Below are positions 13,247 to 26,400 of a stretch of 64,000 bases of DNA, piece by piece. How positions within the stretch are numbered: the first letter of the stretch is position 1; each line of letters begins with the position of its first letter. Source of the stretch: Puccinia triticina (lineage: Eukaryota); contig CP110439.1 in the NCBI GenBank assembly GCA_026914245.1, positions 4,278,001-4,342,000 of the forward strand, written 5' to 3'. A model generated the notes under the pieces. The model was given only the letters and a program-made list of their open reading frames with translations. It was not told the origin of the DNA and did no database searches. A program made the position numbers and the translations under genes.

Positions 13247-15591
13247 GGTTTAACAAGTGTTGAGATGCAGATAGGGCGAGGATGCTTGAGTCCGAAGTTG
13301 GGTTGGCTGATCAAGGGGGGAGAGATGGACGAGCGGAGGGGACGAGGAGGCTGGTTGGGGGCTGTTTTATAGACTGGCAGCGGTTGCCTTCTGCTTGACG
13401 TGGGTATGGGTATGTATGTAAGGTTATGTGAGGCTATTGAAAAAAAAGGTTTTATATATCAAATTCTATATGGTTGCACGGGAATGATGATGGCAAAAAC
13501 AGGAGAAGGTTCGAGGGAGGACAAGCTCTGGGCAGTTATAGCGAGTAGGGCGACGAGCAGACGGAGTCCGGAGGCAACGAGACGGATGGTTAAATATGTA
13601 TGTCTTCTTGGCGACTTCTATAGAACAAGTAACCCTGGTTCCAGTTGCCGGGGGTCTCTGGCTGGGGCTGTAACAAGGGTCTGAGGATAACAATCCTTGT
13701 CCTTGGCAGACGAACGATCGGGGTAAGGGAAGGAGCTCGAGGGCTTCAGGTGAGAGCGGAGGGGTTATTTATGTATGAGCTGGAGAGGCAACGGAGGGCT
13801 GTGTATACACTGAGGGCGACTTGGCAAGAAAGCAATGTGCTGAATGTTTGCGCTGTGCCTGGGGGGACTGGAGGCTGGAGAGACGGGAGATTTATAAGGT
13901 GAGGCTATCAGGATTCAGGATGGAATGGGGGAAAGAGGCTCTTTGTTTGTGTTCTAAAGCTGTAGTACAGACGACGCCCTACACTTGGGGGCTGTATCGA
14001 TAAGTTCTTGAGCTTTCGAGCATGGAGTTAAAAGTTTCGGATCAGTTTTCCGAAAAAATGAGCAGCTGATCTAAACGAAAAGCGGAGTTCTGTCCTCATT
14101 GGAGACCATCTTTCTCCTGCCAGCCGGTCGTCAGGCAGGTCGAGCCGGAACCAATGGCAACCGACAGACCAACCAGCCTGCCACACCCATCGTCCAATCC
14201 AACGAGCCGCCATGGTCGGTCCAGGATCGATCCGGATCGTTGTTTGGTCGCCATACCCAGTAAAAAAGTGTATTACAGCTCGGCGAGAAGAGTGCCTTCC
14301 CCACCCTTCGTCGCCCCTGGCAGCCATCAGGCTGGCATGGCCCACGCGAGCAGTAAGTGCTATGCCAACTAACCAAACAGCGCCCCGTGATCGATGACCT
14401 GCCGACGGAGCAGATGGTAAATACTGCCAAGTGGTTTGTACAGTGACTGGCTGCCAAGCACTCTTCCACTCTTTTCCAAGCCATAACTGTATGTGTGTAT
14501 GGATACATGGGATCTGTCTGGTGACGTCACACTCATCGCCAAAACCTCTTGAGTCTTGATCAAGCCAAAATCCATGCACACAGCCAACCCACAGGCAAAC
14601 GCGCAGAGTCTCGCAGAGTACGATAATGATAAGAATTGGGCAGTTTATTTGTCTTTCAAGCCCTGCAGTGGGCACATACTCTACCCACCCCACAGCCCAC
14701 AAACAAATGACATCAATCCGTTTAGCCATGTGAAAAAAGTACACTTCAATACCAGAGAAGGCTTCTAGCTTGCTGTGGATGCATTCTGCAGAGGAGGTGA
14801 GGCATTGCAAGTTTAAAATGAGAAAAAAAATCATTTGATTACTGCTAATTTGGCAAGCATAATGAGTAATGGAGGACTTCACTGTTTAATCTAGACGGAC
14901 AGGCTAAACCTTCCTGGCTGGTGAAAATTGATTGAGATTGAGTTTTCACCAGCAAACAAGGTTTAGCGGCCTCCTCTAAATCAAGCCTTTTACATAGGCG
15001 ACAGGGAGTCCTCCAATCACTTGAGTGAGTTCCACCACAAAGTTACTCATAGACAAAAATAGGAACTAGTAGATGACTTCCAGTCACAACTGGGACCCTC
15101 ACAGTTGTGGATATAGACCCAAAAAGTCTAGATTTTCATAGGGAAATCTAGCTTTTGGATCACCAGATCACTTCTAACAGGCCCTCAGATCTTGAAGGGA
15201 AGTGGAGGACTTCTCATCAATCTGGGAACCCCTTCCAGACCTAGATCTGCGGCTTCCCCGGATTCCAGCCCCGCCATCTCAGCACTGGCCAAGTTGGGGG
15301 GGGGGGGGGATTGTTTAGGTACCCGCCTGCCACCCCACCAAAATTATGGACGCCTGCACCTGCACCTGCTACCTGTTTAGTAAAACGGGTACCGGGCAAT
15401 GAGTACCTGTTTGCCATCTCTAACAGAAACACTACAGTTATTTTCAAGATTCTCTCACGCAAGAATCCAATTTTTAGGCATAATCTCTGCTTGCAACTTC
15501 AGATTGGCAGTGTGTGGTGCAGAATGATACACTCAGATTCAGCTTGAAGTTTATGGTGCAGTAGACCAATGTAGAGACTGTAAAATGAAGA

Positions 15592-15677
15592 TGTGTCTGG
15601 TGAGAGTCAAACTCACGACCTCAGCTATGCTGAGACACATACTAGAGTGCTGCCTTTACCAACTAGGCTACAGACAC
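15592..15677 (-). ncRNA. tRNA-like sequence in the TRIM 3' LTR (anticodon not assignable)
   Basis: Acceptor stem GTGTCTG/CAGACAC. D-arm/A box TAGCCTAGTTGGTAAAGGC. T-arm GTGAG-TTTGACT-CTCAC. Extra hairpin CTCAGC-ATA-GCTGAG. Confidence 0.7.
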
Positions 15678-16013
15678 TTGTGGCTGCCAGCTGGGTGGTT
15701 GGTTGGTAGTGCTCATGGGTCAATCCGACAGCCCTCCATACTGTGGTGATACATCATGGTAGCAGACTAACAGACAACTCAACACCCCCCCTTGCTACAT
15801 GATGGGAAGTGGGGATTGACCCCAAGAGAGAGTGGGAATGAGACCCAGGAAAGATGATCAGCGTAGGGATTGAACCCGTGATCTAGATGTAGGCTTATAG
15901 CGGTTTGCGTGGTCTTACAAGTAAGCATTCACAAATTCATCAAGTCTCTATTGTAAGCGAGTAGCGCTCAGGTAGCTCTGGGCTCATAACCTGTAGAGAC
16001 TGTAAAATGAAGA

Positions 16014-16099
16014 TGTGTCTGGTGAGAGTCAAACTCACAACCTCAGCTATGCTGAGACACATACTAGAGTGCTGCCTTTACCAACTAGGCTACAGACGC
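16014..16099 (-). ncRNA. tRNA-like sequence in the TRIM 5' LTR
   Basis: Second copy of the 15592-15677 unit. Confidence 0.7.
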
Positions 16100-18921
16100 T
16101 TGTGGCTGCCAGCTGGGTGGTTGGTTGGTAGTGCTCATGGGTCGATCTGACAGCCCTCCATACTGTGGTGATACATCATGGTAGCAGACTAACAGACAAC
16201 TCAACAACCAATGATGAATTCAAGATGTTTCAGGCTTTTCAAGACCAAGAGGCGGACCTCTTATGTTCAAGGTTCAACTCCACCTCCACCTCCGCTTCCA
16301 CCTAATTATTATCCCAGTATTCCAGATTCACAACTCTAAAGCCCACCATACCATCATTAGTAAAGCTTGATTTTACTCCACTCTGCTCTGCTCAAACAGC
16401 TTCTCTTTCTGCCCCATTCTTGTTTTGTTCTGTTGTTTTGCTTGTCTAGTTTTGTCCTTTTCTATTTTTCCTCGTTTATGTAGTATGTTCAGGTGTGTGA
16501 TGACATGTCCGCTAAATTTCACAACCTCAGAGTTTTGTCAGAATTCTGGCCACCTTGTCTGCTCACATCCTTCCTGTCTGACCAAGTGATCTTTGTTTTT
16601 CCTGTCCTGTCTGGCCATGTGGCCTTTTTGTTGGAATCCAGTCATCCCTCTTAAGAGGAGTAAAAATTGTGAGTAGTACCTTGAGTACACTTGCTAAATC
16701 TTCATATTGAATATTTATTTATTCTTATGATCAAACTCGTGACAGGTCTTCTGCATGAACTTCACCACAAGAAGCTCTGCGCTGTTGGGCCGAATAGTGA
16801 CGGAACACTTTTGATTACAAAAAACCTTAGTGATCCCAGATCACTATACTCCTTGTGAGTGACAGACAAACAGGATTTCAAAACCCAGCTGATTGAGATG
16901 AACTAACAAGTTCAACTTCTCTTTCAGTATGAATCCCAAAATTGCAACTCAGACATCAAACAGCTTTAGCAAACGCACTATGATTTCTTTTTAAGTCGTT
17001 TGTTATTAAAACCAACTCCACACCAAAACTAGGAGAAGAAGTTCTTACTGAATTCTTCTTCTTTTCAAACCAAATTAGTTTGAGTCTAGCTGCTCGAATA
17101 AGCTCATTGATCAAGACCAATCAATCAAAATCAAAACAAAGCTGAAGAAGCTTTTACTTGGATATTGTCGGACTGACTATTGATCATTAAGTAAAAGACT
17201 CTTCACTTTCTCTTTACAAAAAATAAGAGCAAACAACAAAAAACTAACTCCTTTTCTTTTGACAGACATCACTGGTCATTACCAATATGATTGTAGTCAT
17301 CATTCTATCCAGGTCAAACTTAATATGTGTTATTGATTAGCAGATTCTTTCTGCCTTCAGGTAATCATATTATAAACTCTAAAAACAGAACTGTCAAAAG
17401 AACTTCATGTATTTCTTTTAAAGTTATTTATACTTACTTACAAAATATACTTCAGTTTTCCATATTCTCACACTTTTTCCTGTCCTATCTGACCAAGTGG
17501 TCAAATCCTGTCCTGTCTTGTTGACCAAGTGGTCCATCTGTCCTGTTCCCTGTTCCTGTCCCCTGTTCATGTCCCCTTTCCCCTGTCACCTGACATTTCC
17601 CCTGTTATTGTGGTTAGGCCCCCCCTTTGGATCTTGCTGGGGGGCTCTCTAGTTGTCTGGTTAAAGTCTGCTCCTCGGACATGAAATAAAAATCATTGAG
17701 TCTGAGCACTTTTCATGTGGAACCGCCTTGGTCCAATGTTCCTTGGTCCAATCTTGATCACTGCAAGATTGTCCTCCCTTCATGACCACTTTCTTTTTAG
17801 CTGAAATCTTGACAATTTTAAGTTCAGTCTGAACTCAGACAATGGGGCGGCATGGGACTCACTCTGAACCAAATTTTATCAATCCTTATCCTTAGTGTTC
17901 TTCACAGTGCTACTGAGCTGCTCCAATCCTATCTTCTGATCAGGCACTTGGTGTTACTCCCACTGCAAGAAAAAGTCAAGCAACTGCCAGCAGTTGACAT
18001 GCAAGAACTCTAAGCAAGCTTATGGTATTACACAAGCCTTTGTCAAGGCTTACTGTCAACCAAGCTTCAATGCACAGTCACTGTGCAGAAAAAGTTATGT
18101 GTGTTTGGGTAGAGCTAGAACAGCTGTTCCACAGCATTAACCCACATGTCAACTGCTAGCAATTGCTTGAATTTTTCTTGCAGTGTCCACTTTGATTTTT
18201 CTTGATCACAAAATTGGTGCTCTTCCATCAATCTCTCATCTTCCCCAACCTCTTCATGCGCCACCAATTCACCCCTGACTGGTTCCCTTTGCTCACCAAC
18301 CTCCAATTCCCTTTGTCAGACTTCTGGTGATGTATCTCCTTTTCCTGTTCCTTATCCCACAAAACACCACCAATGAGCTTCCATGCTCCATTGATTCTCA
18401 AACAAATCTACCCCCAATTGCACCATCCACCTAATCCTTCCCACTCAATCTTTCCCTGACCCACCTCAAAGGCAAGTGCATATCAATGCCTCCACCAATT
18501 CTTCAATCCGGTGCATTCAATACACTTAGGCCAAATTGAAAACATAGCCAAAATTTCAAAGAAAATCTGGAAGAGTATAGCTAGAATATACCTGATTCAC
18601 TGGAAACAATAGAGAATCAAAAAACTCCAAGCCCAACAAGTAGAGCTGTAAGGCCACATTTGTTAGTGGTATATTGTGAGTGTGATATTTCAAAATGTTA
18701 TTGGTTGAGCAATCATCTGACAAACACACTCAAGTCATCCAATGCAGAGGAAAACCTGTGTAGTTGTTTTTTCTTTTCATGTTCCCATGTTCATTGGTAT
18801 TTTTTTGTTGGTGGGGGATTACATTACAAGACAAACTGGTCAGGAATTGAAGCAAGTTAAGGATGAAAAACTAATATACTTCAAATTCTTGAGCAGCCTC
18901 TCTAAAGTTTTGAGTGGCCAA

Positions 18922-20226
18922 TTAGAAATGAGTGTCCCAAGTAACAAACCAACTACTGTAATAATTTTTGCCTTGAAGGTCATTCATGTCAGGGATATTT
19001 GGAACATAATGAAGCAGTATAAGACGCATAGCAGTTTCTAAATAAGTTTGCAGTTTGGTTGGTAATTGAACAAACTCTTCTCTATCAACCACCCCATGAG
19101 AATTATCAGCCATAATTATATGAAAGTAGAACTTATTAAGATCGCCATTAACATTTCTCATCGACTCAGTGAGAGAATAGATTTGCTGTGAGCTCATCTT
19201 GGTAGAAGTTGGGAGACCTTTGGAATTCATTCCGCGTTTCGTGGTCTTGACAAAGAAAATCTTGCATAGCTTGGCCATTGGTATTGATAATCTAGCTAGA
19301 AGGATGACTTGTTTTCGTTTTAGTTTGTTCGGCCTCTGCTCCGCTTTCTTCAAGTTGGACGGTGTATTGGACAAACTGATCATTTCCTTTATAACACTCT
19401 CCATAGGAATCAACTCGGATTGCCAATATTCTTGTGCGATATCGAGCTCAGATCCTCTTATCGACAGGATAGCGGAGTTGATTGAATTTAAGGCACAATT
19501 GGAGTACTCGATGAGCTGATCTTTAGTAGGCTCATTCCCAGCCTCGTTTTCCGGTTTCTCCGATGAGAGTCTCATTTCTCGAATAAGTTCTTGGCCCCGA
19601 AGAGAAGCTATACGCAAGGTGTACAGGAACCCCTCATTGAATGTACTTTTGAGACGGCGAAGCCTGTAGATTTTTAACCTTCCTAGGTGATGATCGTCGG
19701 CTCGGAGTGATTCAGATATCGATTGTGGAAAGACAGTATTGATTCTAGAATGGGTGTGATTGATTGTATGGTCGAGTTCTGATTGGATCTCCAAGATCCG
19801 CTGGAGCTTTGACCCAGGGTCATTAATTAGGCCGGATGGGTTGAGTGATTGTGAGAGAGAAGTTATTTGGCGATGTAGGAGCGGAAGAAGGCTCGATTGC
19901 AGCTGATCCAAAGTACATTGCTTGAATTTGGCTTCGCCATCGAGAGAAAGAGTCGAAAGGGCTTCATCGACGGATTGGTTCGGACTATCATTGGGTTGTG
20001 GTGGGTATTTGCTTGCCAGACGTCTGAATCCCTGGACCACGAGATCTGCAGTGAGTTATAGAATAATAAACCGAGTCGGTTGACGTTTCATAGATGCTGA
20101 GATTGATTGTTCTTGTTGAGACTCGATCATACCTCCTTGGTGCCAATGCTGCTGATATTCCGGTTTCTCCCCGATCGAGTCGGCCGTTTGATTTCGCTTG
20201 CCGCCTCGTTTCCTGCGCTTCGCCAT
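18922..20226 (-). CDS. Rust-type hypothetical family protein, paralogue 1 (2 exons, ~405 aa; probable premature stop)
   Basis: Exon 1 is 20226-20133 (MAKRRKRGG...WHQG). GT-AG intron 20132-20046. Exon 2 carries DLVVQGF, LLPLLHRQI, GSELDIAQ and WFVTWDTHF. Clearly homologous to the genes at 39674 and 62395. Confidence 0.85.
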
Positions 20227-20416
20227 TTTGTGGATGCTATATAGGCGAGGCTCTGCCGACGTTGACTGGGACCGGGTGAGAAGAATGGGCAGCGGCCAAA
20301 TGGGGATGAGCCGCTGGCCATCAAGTTGCATGCGGCTGCGCCCCAGCATGCAATACACTCCCGACTCGAATCGAAGCAAGTGCCCGAGGGCGAGTCAGCC
20401 ATCGATCTATCTATCA

Positions 20417-22043
20417 ATGGATTCATCCACCCAGGAACGACCTTCCAAGCGGAAGAAAACAATTACCAAAGAGACCACATCGCCATTGGATCAGCAGCTG
20501 GTAAATAGATTTTTTTTTTCTGTTTCAAAGACCAAAAGGGAGAAGAAATGTTGATCAATTTGTTTACAACATAGATCCTTGCCCTTAGAGATGTCACTCG
20601 TGCCGCAAAGAAAGCGAAAGCTTTCGAAATCCAACATATGGTTAGGAAGCTTCGATTAGCCAAGTGAGTAGTGTAGTACTCTTTTTTTTGCCGACCAACA
20701 CAAAAGAAAATCGAGCACTTCCCCGAACCGATGGTTGATATTTCATTAGAGAAGGTAAACCACTTTCCAAAAAACCGTCCACTGCGGTGGATCCTAAAGA
20801 TTTGGAAGCCGACCTCAACAGCTTTAAGGTCAGCATCAAGGTTTGTATTGCAACCCAGCTCGCCAAAAGACTGATCTTTTTTCTTTTCACTTTTAGTCGA
20901 TTAATGTTGAAAACCTATCAAAGAAGATTCTATATACGCGCCTCAAGCGACAATCGTCCGAGCTGATGACTCATTCGACCTTCCAAGATTTCCAAGACTT
21001 AAGCGGACCGATCCAATTTGAGCGAATTGAGAACAAGATCAGTAGCCAGAAATCCTTATCAGAAGTCATCAAGCAAACTGTCACCAAGTTATTACTTGCT
21101 CACCTCCGGCCAGATCCTGTTGAAAAGATTGACTCGAAAGCTAAGGAGTGCACATCGGAAGCGAAAAACTCACAGCAACGAACAGCTGATACTCGAGTCG
21201 GATCATCAGATCAGTCGGGCTCTGAGGATGAGGGCGAGCTCTTAGGCGACGCACTCGATGAGGCAGTGGCACGAGAATTGGCAGGCTTGGAAGCCGGGCC
21301 AACCAGCGAAGAAATGAGTGAATCGGAGGAAAGCCAATTAAGCCGCACAGATGACGATGATGAACACAGCGATTCGCACTCGGACTGTTCTCGCGACAGT
21401 CAAACTCAATCCGGCCATTCATCATCATCCACTTCTTTCCACCACCCAGCCCCGGCCAAAAAGCCCAAACTAGCAAAGCCTCCGGCTTCTAAAACGACCA
21501 CCCGCCCATCCTCTTCAACTTTCTTGCCCGCCTTAAACGTCGGTTATACGCTTGGTGATTCCGATGCTTCTGATCTCGACATTGACGATCAAGCGGTAGA
21601 CAAAATGGAGCAGGAACGCGGGCGTAAAAATCGAAGAGGTCAACAGGCTCGTAGAGCGTCAGTTACTATTCATTCATCGTTTTACACCACAGACGTGAGA
21701 TGACTGATGATGTATTTTCTTTTGTCGATGGGTTTTTAGCATATGGGAGAAAAAGTACGGCAAATCAGCCAAACATCTAGTGAAACTAAAACAGAAGAGC
21801 TCGACTCATCCTGACAAACCAGCAAAGGCGGAGGAAAGACACCGAGGCAAATCCAAACCATCTCGTTCCAGTGGAACCGATGTCAAGGTTAAGAGTGTGA
21901 CCGGGTCGAACTCTGAACCACTTGCTACCCTCGTCAAGAAACCCGTCGATCCTAAACTTCATCCTTCTTGGATCGCTAAACAGAATCAAATCAAAAACCT
22001 CAGTGTCGTTAAACCTGCCGGCAAAAAAATCGTCTTCGATTAA
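20417..22043 (+). CDS. BUD22: BUD22/SRFBP1-family ribosome biogenesis protein, multi-exon
   Basis: ATG at 20417 (MDSSTQERPSKRKK). Motifs RAAKKAKAFEIQ, FLPALNVGY, RKNRRGQQARRA|IWEKKYG and KLHPSWIAK...KPAGKKIVFD*. Confidence 0.88.
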
Positions 22044-22346
22044 CTTTGTATAATCCACTCTCGTAGATTTGCTTGCGTTTCTATTGTCTTATTGTGGACT
22101 CGCATTGGGGCCGTCCTACACATCATGTAATCAACAGTGTCTTAGTTTTTCCAATACTAGATTTTCGATTTATTTCCGTGTGTGTGCGTATGCAAGTTCG
22201 TGTACTGCTAACACTGGGGTGTGCTTCTCTTACCTCCGGGACTTTTGCAAGTCCCAATGGTTTATGCTCAACCAAACCAAAACCACACTCAAGTTAAAAA
22301 CTGCTTGCTTATTTCCCTCTACACCGGACCGGCTGCGGCCCGGTAA

Positions 22347-23288
22347 GAGCATCTCCAACGGACTCGCTAGAGCGGGACTCGCGACCCCAATTTAGCGAGT
22401 CGGGCGAGTTTTCGGGGTCCAACCGACTCGCTATCCGACTCGCCAAACGCCTCCCGAGTCGCCTCAACTCGCCACAGCCCTCCACTTGTGGCGAGTCTGC
22501 TCCAACCCGACAGTTGCCTCTTGGACCACACCTCGCACCAGCTCGCACCCCACGCACACTATACCGCACGCTACCTCACCTACCGGCCGATCCTCTTTTC
22601 ATTCAATTGGATCTCGCTGCCGATGACCGATCATCAATAGGATGACCGGGCATCGATGCCCATGACCGGTCATCAATAGGATGACCGGGTATCGATGCCC
22701 ATGACCGGTCATCAATAGGATGACCGGTCATTGAGACCGATCACCGGGAATCAAGACTGATGACAGGTCATTGAGACCGATTACCGGCCATCGAAGCCGA
22801 TGCCCGGGCATCAAGACTGATGACCGGTCATCGAAACCGATGCCCGGGCATCAAGACTGATGACCGGTCATCGAAACCGATGCCCGGGCATCAAGACTGA
22901 TGACCGGTCATCGAAACCGATGCCCGGGCTTCAAGACTGATGACCGGTCATCAAGACTGATGACCGGTCATCAAGACCGATGACCGGGCATCGAGAATGA
23001 TGACCATGACTGGATATCCTATCGATGACCGGGCATGATGCACATGGCCGGTCATTGAAAGGATGACCGGCGGGTGTTCGAGAATCGGAAGGATGACCAG
23101 AAGGTGGTCATCTGTCTGTGTGGCTCGACGGGCAAGTTGTGGTCTTGCCGACGACAAGTTGGTCCAGCCTCTTGTCGGGTCTCTATTTCTGGCGAGTCCG
23201 CTGTGGACCAAGCCTGGGATACCCCGTTACATCTGGTCCAGGGCCGCGACCCAGGGTCTGCGCGATCCAGGGACCGTTGGAGATGCTC
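22347..23288. mobile_element. Non-autonomous PIF/Harbinger (Tourist-like) element with an internal ~20-bp tandem repeat
   Basis: TIRs GAGCATCTCCAACGG / CCGTTGGAGATGCTC. TAA TSD on both sides. (GATGACCGGTCATCAAGACT)n at ~22620-23100. Confidence 0.9.
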
Positions 23289-23478
23289 TAAGAATACACC
23301 ACCGCTCGAATTTGGGCTCGGGTTGACGATGGCCCAACGTCGCGGTCGGCAAAAGGTTGGGCCGGGTGGGCGCCAACCTGCCCGCCCAGAGTTTGACCGC
23401 GGGGCCGAACTGGGCCTGTACCATACGAAATCTGTATTTCCCGCGCGAGGAAAACAGCTTTCTTTTTTTCAATATTCA

Positions 23479-26400
23479 GGCCCTGTTTGGCACTGATATA
23501 AATACGGACCTACTTCGCGCAGCAGCGAAAAACTCTTCGCGCACAGAATCGACCGTCCCCCGACGTCGATCCCGCTGTGCGCGCAAGCAGAGAAATACTT
23601 TGCGCACAGCGACTTCCCCCGAAAGGAGGGGATTTTTCCCAAATTTTTTTTGATGGATCAAAAGAGGGGGTCTTAACTGCCCTCTCCAAAAAATATTAGA
23701 TTTTTTGGAGGTGTCCTTGTCATGTAAAAAAAAAAATCATAATATTAATCCAAAAAAAGGCACCCGATAGCCCACCCCGGGGACTTTTCACCGCTAAGAC
23801 TTCAGCGGTCGGGTACCCAGCCCCTCAAAAAGAAAGTTCTCCGGGCCCGGCTATCCCCCAGCCGCCGTGCCGATGGCCGGCACAGGCCATCGAGCGGAGT
23901 TACACACTCCCCCAATGACCGGCCAGCACCTGTGTGCATGTGGCACAAATTGCCGGTCATCAAGGGGGTGTTCACTCGGACCCGGTCATCGAGGGAAGTA
24001 TGGTGTTGCAAGCGCGTCTGGGCACATACCCAACTCCCGCTTGGCCGAGTGCCTCCGGGGGTTGGGTATGTGCCCAGCGGGCTTGATTGGGCAGGTTGCG
24101 CGGGGGGTAGAGCTTGGCACACAGCCAAGTCCCGCTTGGCCGAGATCAAGCTCTGGGCCGATGGGATCTGTGACCTGGCATGCAACACGCCGGTCATCAG
24201 ACGCCGGCCCTTGTCTCTGCCTCGAAAGGCAAGAACAATGTATCCTCAAGGAGGGGAAACGTTCTGCCTTCTCGACATCGCACATCGGACATCGACAAGG
24301 GAGCTTTCCCTTCTCGATGGCCGGTCTGTAGGCTGGTCATCGGGAAGGAAAGACTCCCTTCGCGGTGGGCGATACTAAGTCTTGTATTGATCATCAAGAA
24401 GGGAGTCTTCCCTTCTCGATGACCGGTTTGTAGACCGACCATTGAGGAGGGAAACTTCTCTCCTTGACGGCCGGCACAGCGTTTGGCCTGCGTGGCACCC
24501 TCGCTTGAAATCGGCCCAGCGGGGCTTTGTGCCGAACCCCGCCCACTTTGCAATATGCCAAGCGGGGGTTGGGAGTGTGCCAGGCGGTTTGAGGATCGGC
24601 CAAGCGGGCTTTAGGGCCGGCCACGCGCACTTGGCCTTTTTTCGGCCAAACTTTGGTGAGTGCCCAGATAGGCTTGCAACACCATATGTACTCCTCTCGA
24701 TGACCGGCACGGACCCGGTCATCGAGGGTCATTGAGGGAGTATGTAATCCTCTCGATGACCGGGCCCGTTCCGGTCATCGAGGGGAATGTTCACTCCTCT
24801 CAACGACTGGAGCAATCGGGTCATCGAGGGTGTACTCCTCTCGATGACCGGAACGTGCCGGGCATTCTCGGAGGAGTACGTACTCCTCTTGGTGACCTGG
24901 TTGCTCCGGTCGTCAAGAGGAGTACATACTTCCCTCGGTGACCGGGTCCGTTCCGGTTCACCTCGATCGAGAGGAGTGAACACCCCCTCAATGACCAGGC
25001 CCGTTCCGGTCATCGAGGGGAGTGTTCACTCCTCTCGACGACCGGAGCAACCAGGTCACCAAGAGGAGTACGTACTCCTCCGAGAATGCCCGGCACGTTC
25101 CGGTCATCGAGAGGAGTACACCCTCGATGACCCGATTGCTCCGGTCGTCGAGAGGAGTACATACTTCCCTCGGTGACCGGGTCCGTTCCGGTTCACCTCG
25201 ATCGAGAGGAGTGAACACCCCCTCAATGACCGGGCCCGTTCCGGTCATCGAGGGGAGTGTTCACTCCTCTCGACGACCGGAGCAACCAGGTCACCAAGAG
25301 GAGTACGTACTCCTCCGAGAATGCCCGGCACGTTCCGGTCATTGAGAGGAGTACACCCTTGATGACCCAATTGCTCCGGTCGTCGAGAGGAGTGAACATT
25401 CCCCTCGATGACCGGAACGGGCCCGGTCATCGAGAGGATTACATACTCCCCTCGATGACCCAATTGCTCCGGTCATCGAGAGGAGTGAACACTTCCCTCG
25501 ATGACCGGAACAGACCCGATCATCGAGGGAAGTATGTACTCCTCTCGATGACCGGCACAGACCCGGTCATTGAGAGGAGTGAACACCCCCCTCAATGACC
25601 GGAACGGACTTGGTCATCAAGGGAAGGATTTAATCCTATCAATGACCGGAATGTTCCGGTCATCAAGAGAGAGGTACGTACTCCCCTTGACGGCCCAGTT
25701 GCTCCGGTTGTCGAGAGGAGTGAACACTCCCCTTGTGACCGGAACGTCATCGAGGGAAGTTTGTACTCCTGTTGATGACCAAAACAGAGTGGCCATCGAG
25801 AGGAGGACATGATCCCCTCAATGACCGGTAGTCTGTGCTGGCCGGTCATTGGGGAGCGTGTAACTCCGCTCGATGGCCTGTGCCGGCCATTGGCACGGCA
25901 CAGCGGCTGGGAGTTAGCCGGAGCTGCTGCCCCTCAAACTTTCTTTTCAAGGGGCTGCATACCCGACCGCTGAGTTTTGGCAGGTCAAAATTCCCCGGGG
26001 TGGGTTATCGGGGCAGGGGGAGCTTATTTTTTGGATTAATATTATAAAAAAATTTACATGTTGGAGGAAACCTCCAAAAAATCCAAGATTTTTTGGAGGG
26101 GGCAAGCAAGACCCCCTCTTTTGATCCATCAAAAAAAAAATCCAGAAAAACACCCTCCTTCTTTCGGGGGAAGTCGCTGTGCGTGAAGTATTTTTTGGCT
26201 TGCGCGCACAGCGGGCTTGACGTTGGGGGACGGTCCATTCTGTGCGCGAAGAATTTTTTGCTGCTGCGCGAAGTAGGTCCGTATAAATATAGGTGATATA
26301 ATCACCGGTTAATTCAATAAAAAATACAAAATTCAACATAAAGCCTCCAAATTCTTTTTGTAGGCAACCTACAGTGCTGGTCTCTTCAACTGTGAACCCA

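Larger units (their letters stand above)
15570..16206 (-). mobile_element. TRIM (637 bp) with 215-bp LTRs that each contain a tRNA-like sequence
   Basis: LTRs at 15570-15784 and 15992-16206 with 4 differences. 5-bp TSD ACCAA. PBS GGTTATGAGCCC (Ty5/copia half-tRNAiMet type) follows the 5' LTR. PPT AAGGGGGGG precedes the 3' LTR. No ORF. Confidence 0.92.

Noticed and set aside
14028..14882. 284-aa ORF
   Set aside because: Non-ATG start, no recognisable motif and random-looking composition.
15592..15677. Amber-suppressor (CTA) or Leu(TAG) tRNA assignment
   Set aside because: The anticodon arm does not form a clean 5-bp stem with a 7-nt loop, and the B box is mutated.
15513..18100. An additional TGTGGT LTR hosting the TRIM
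   Set aside because: LTR-like sequence is present, but the end and TSD could not be delimited. It was excluded from the TSD tally; its left flank AGTG is not obviously NCGN.
23800..25850. Many overlapping ORFs
   Set aside because: By-products of GC-rich palindromic repeats.
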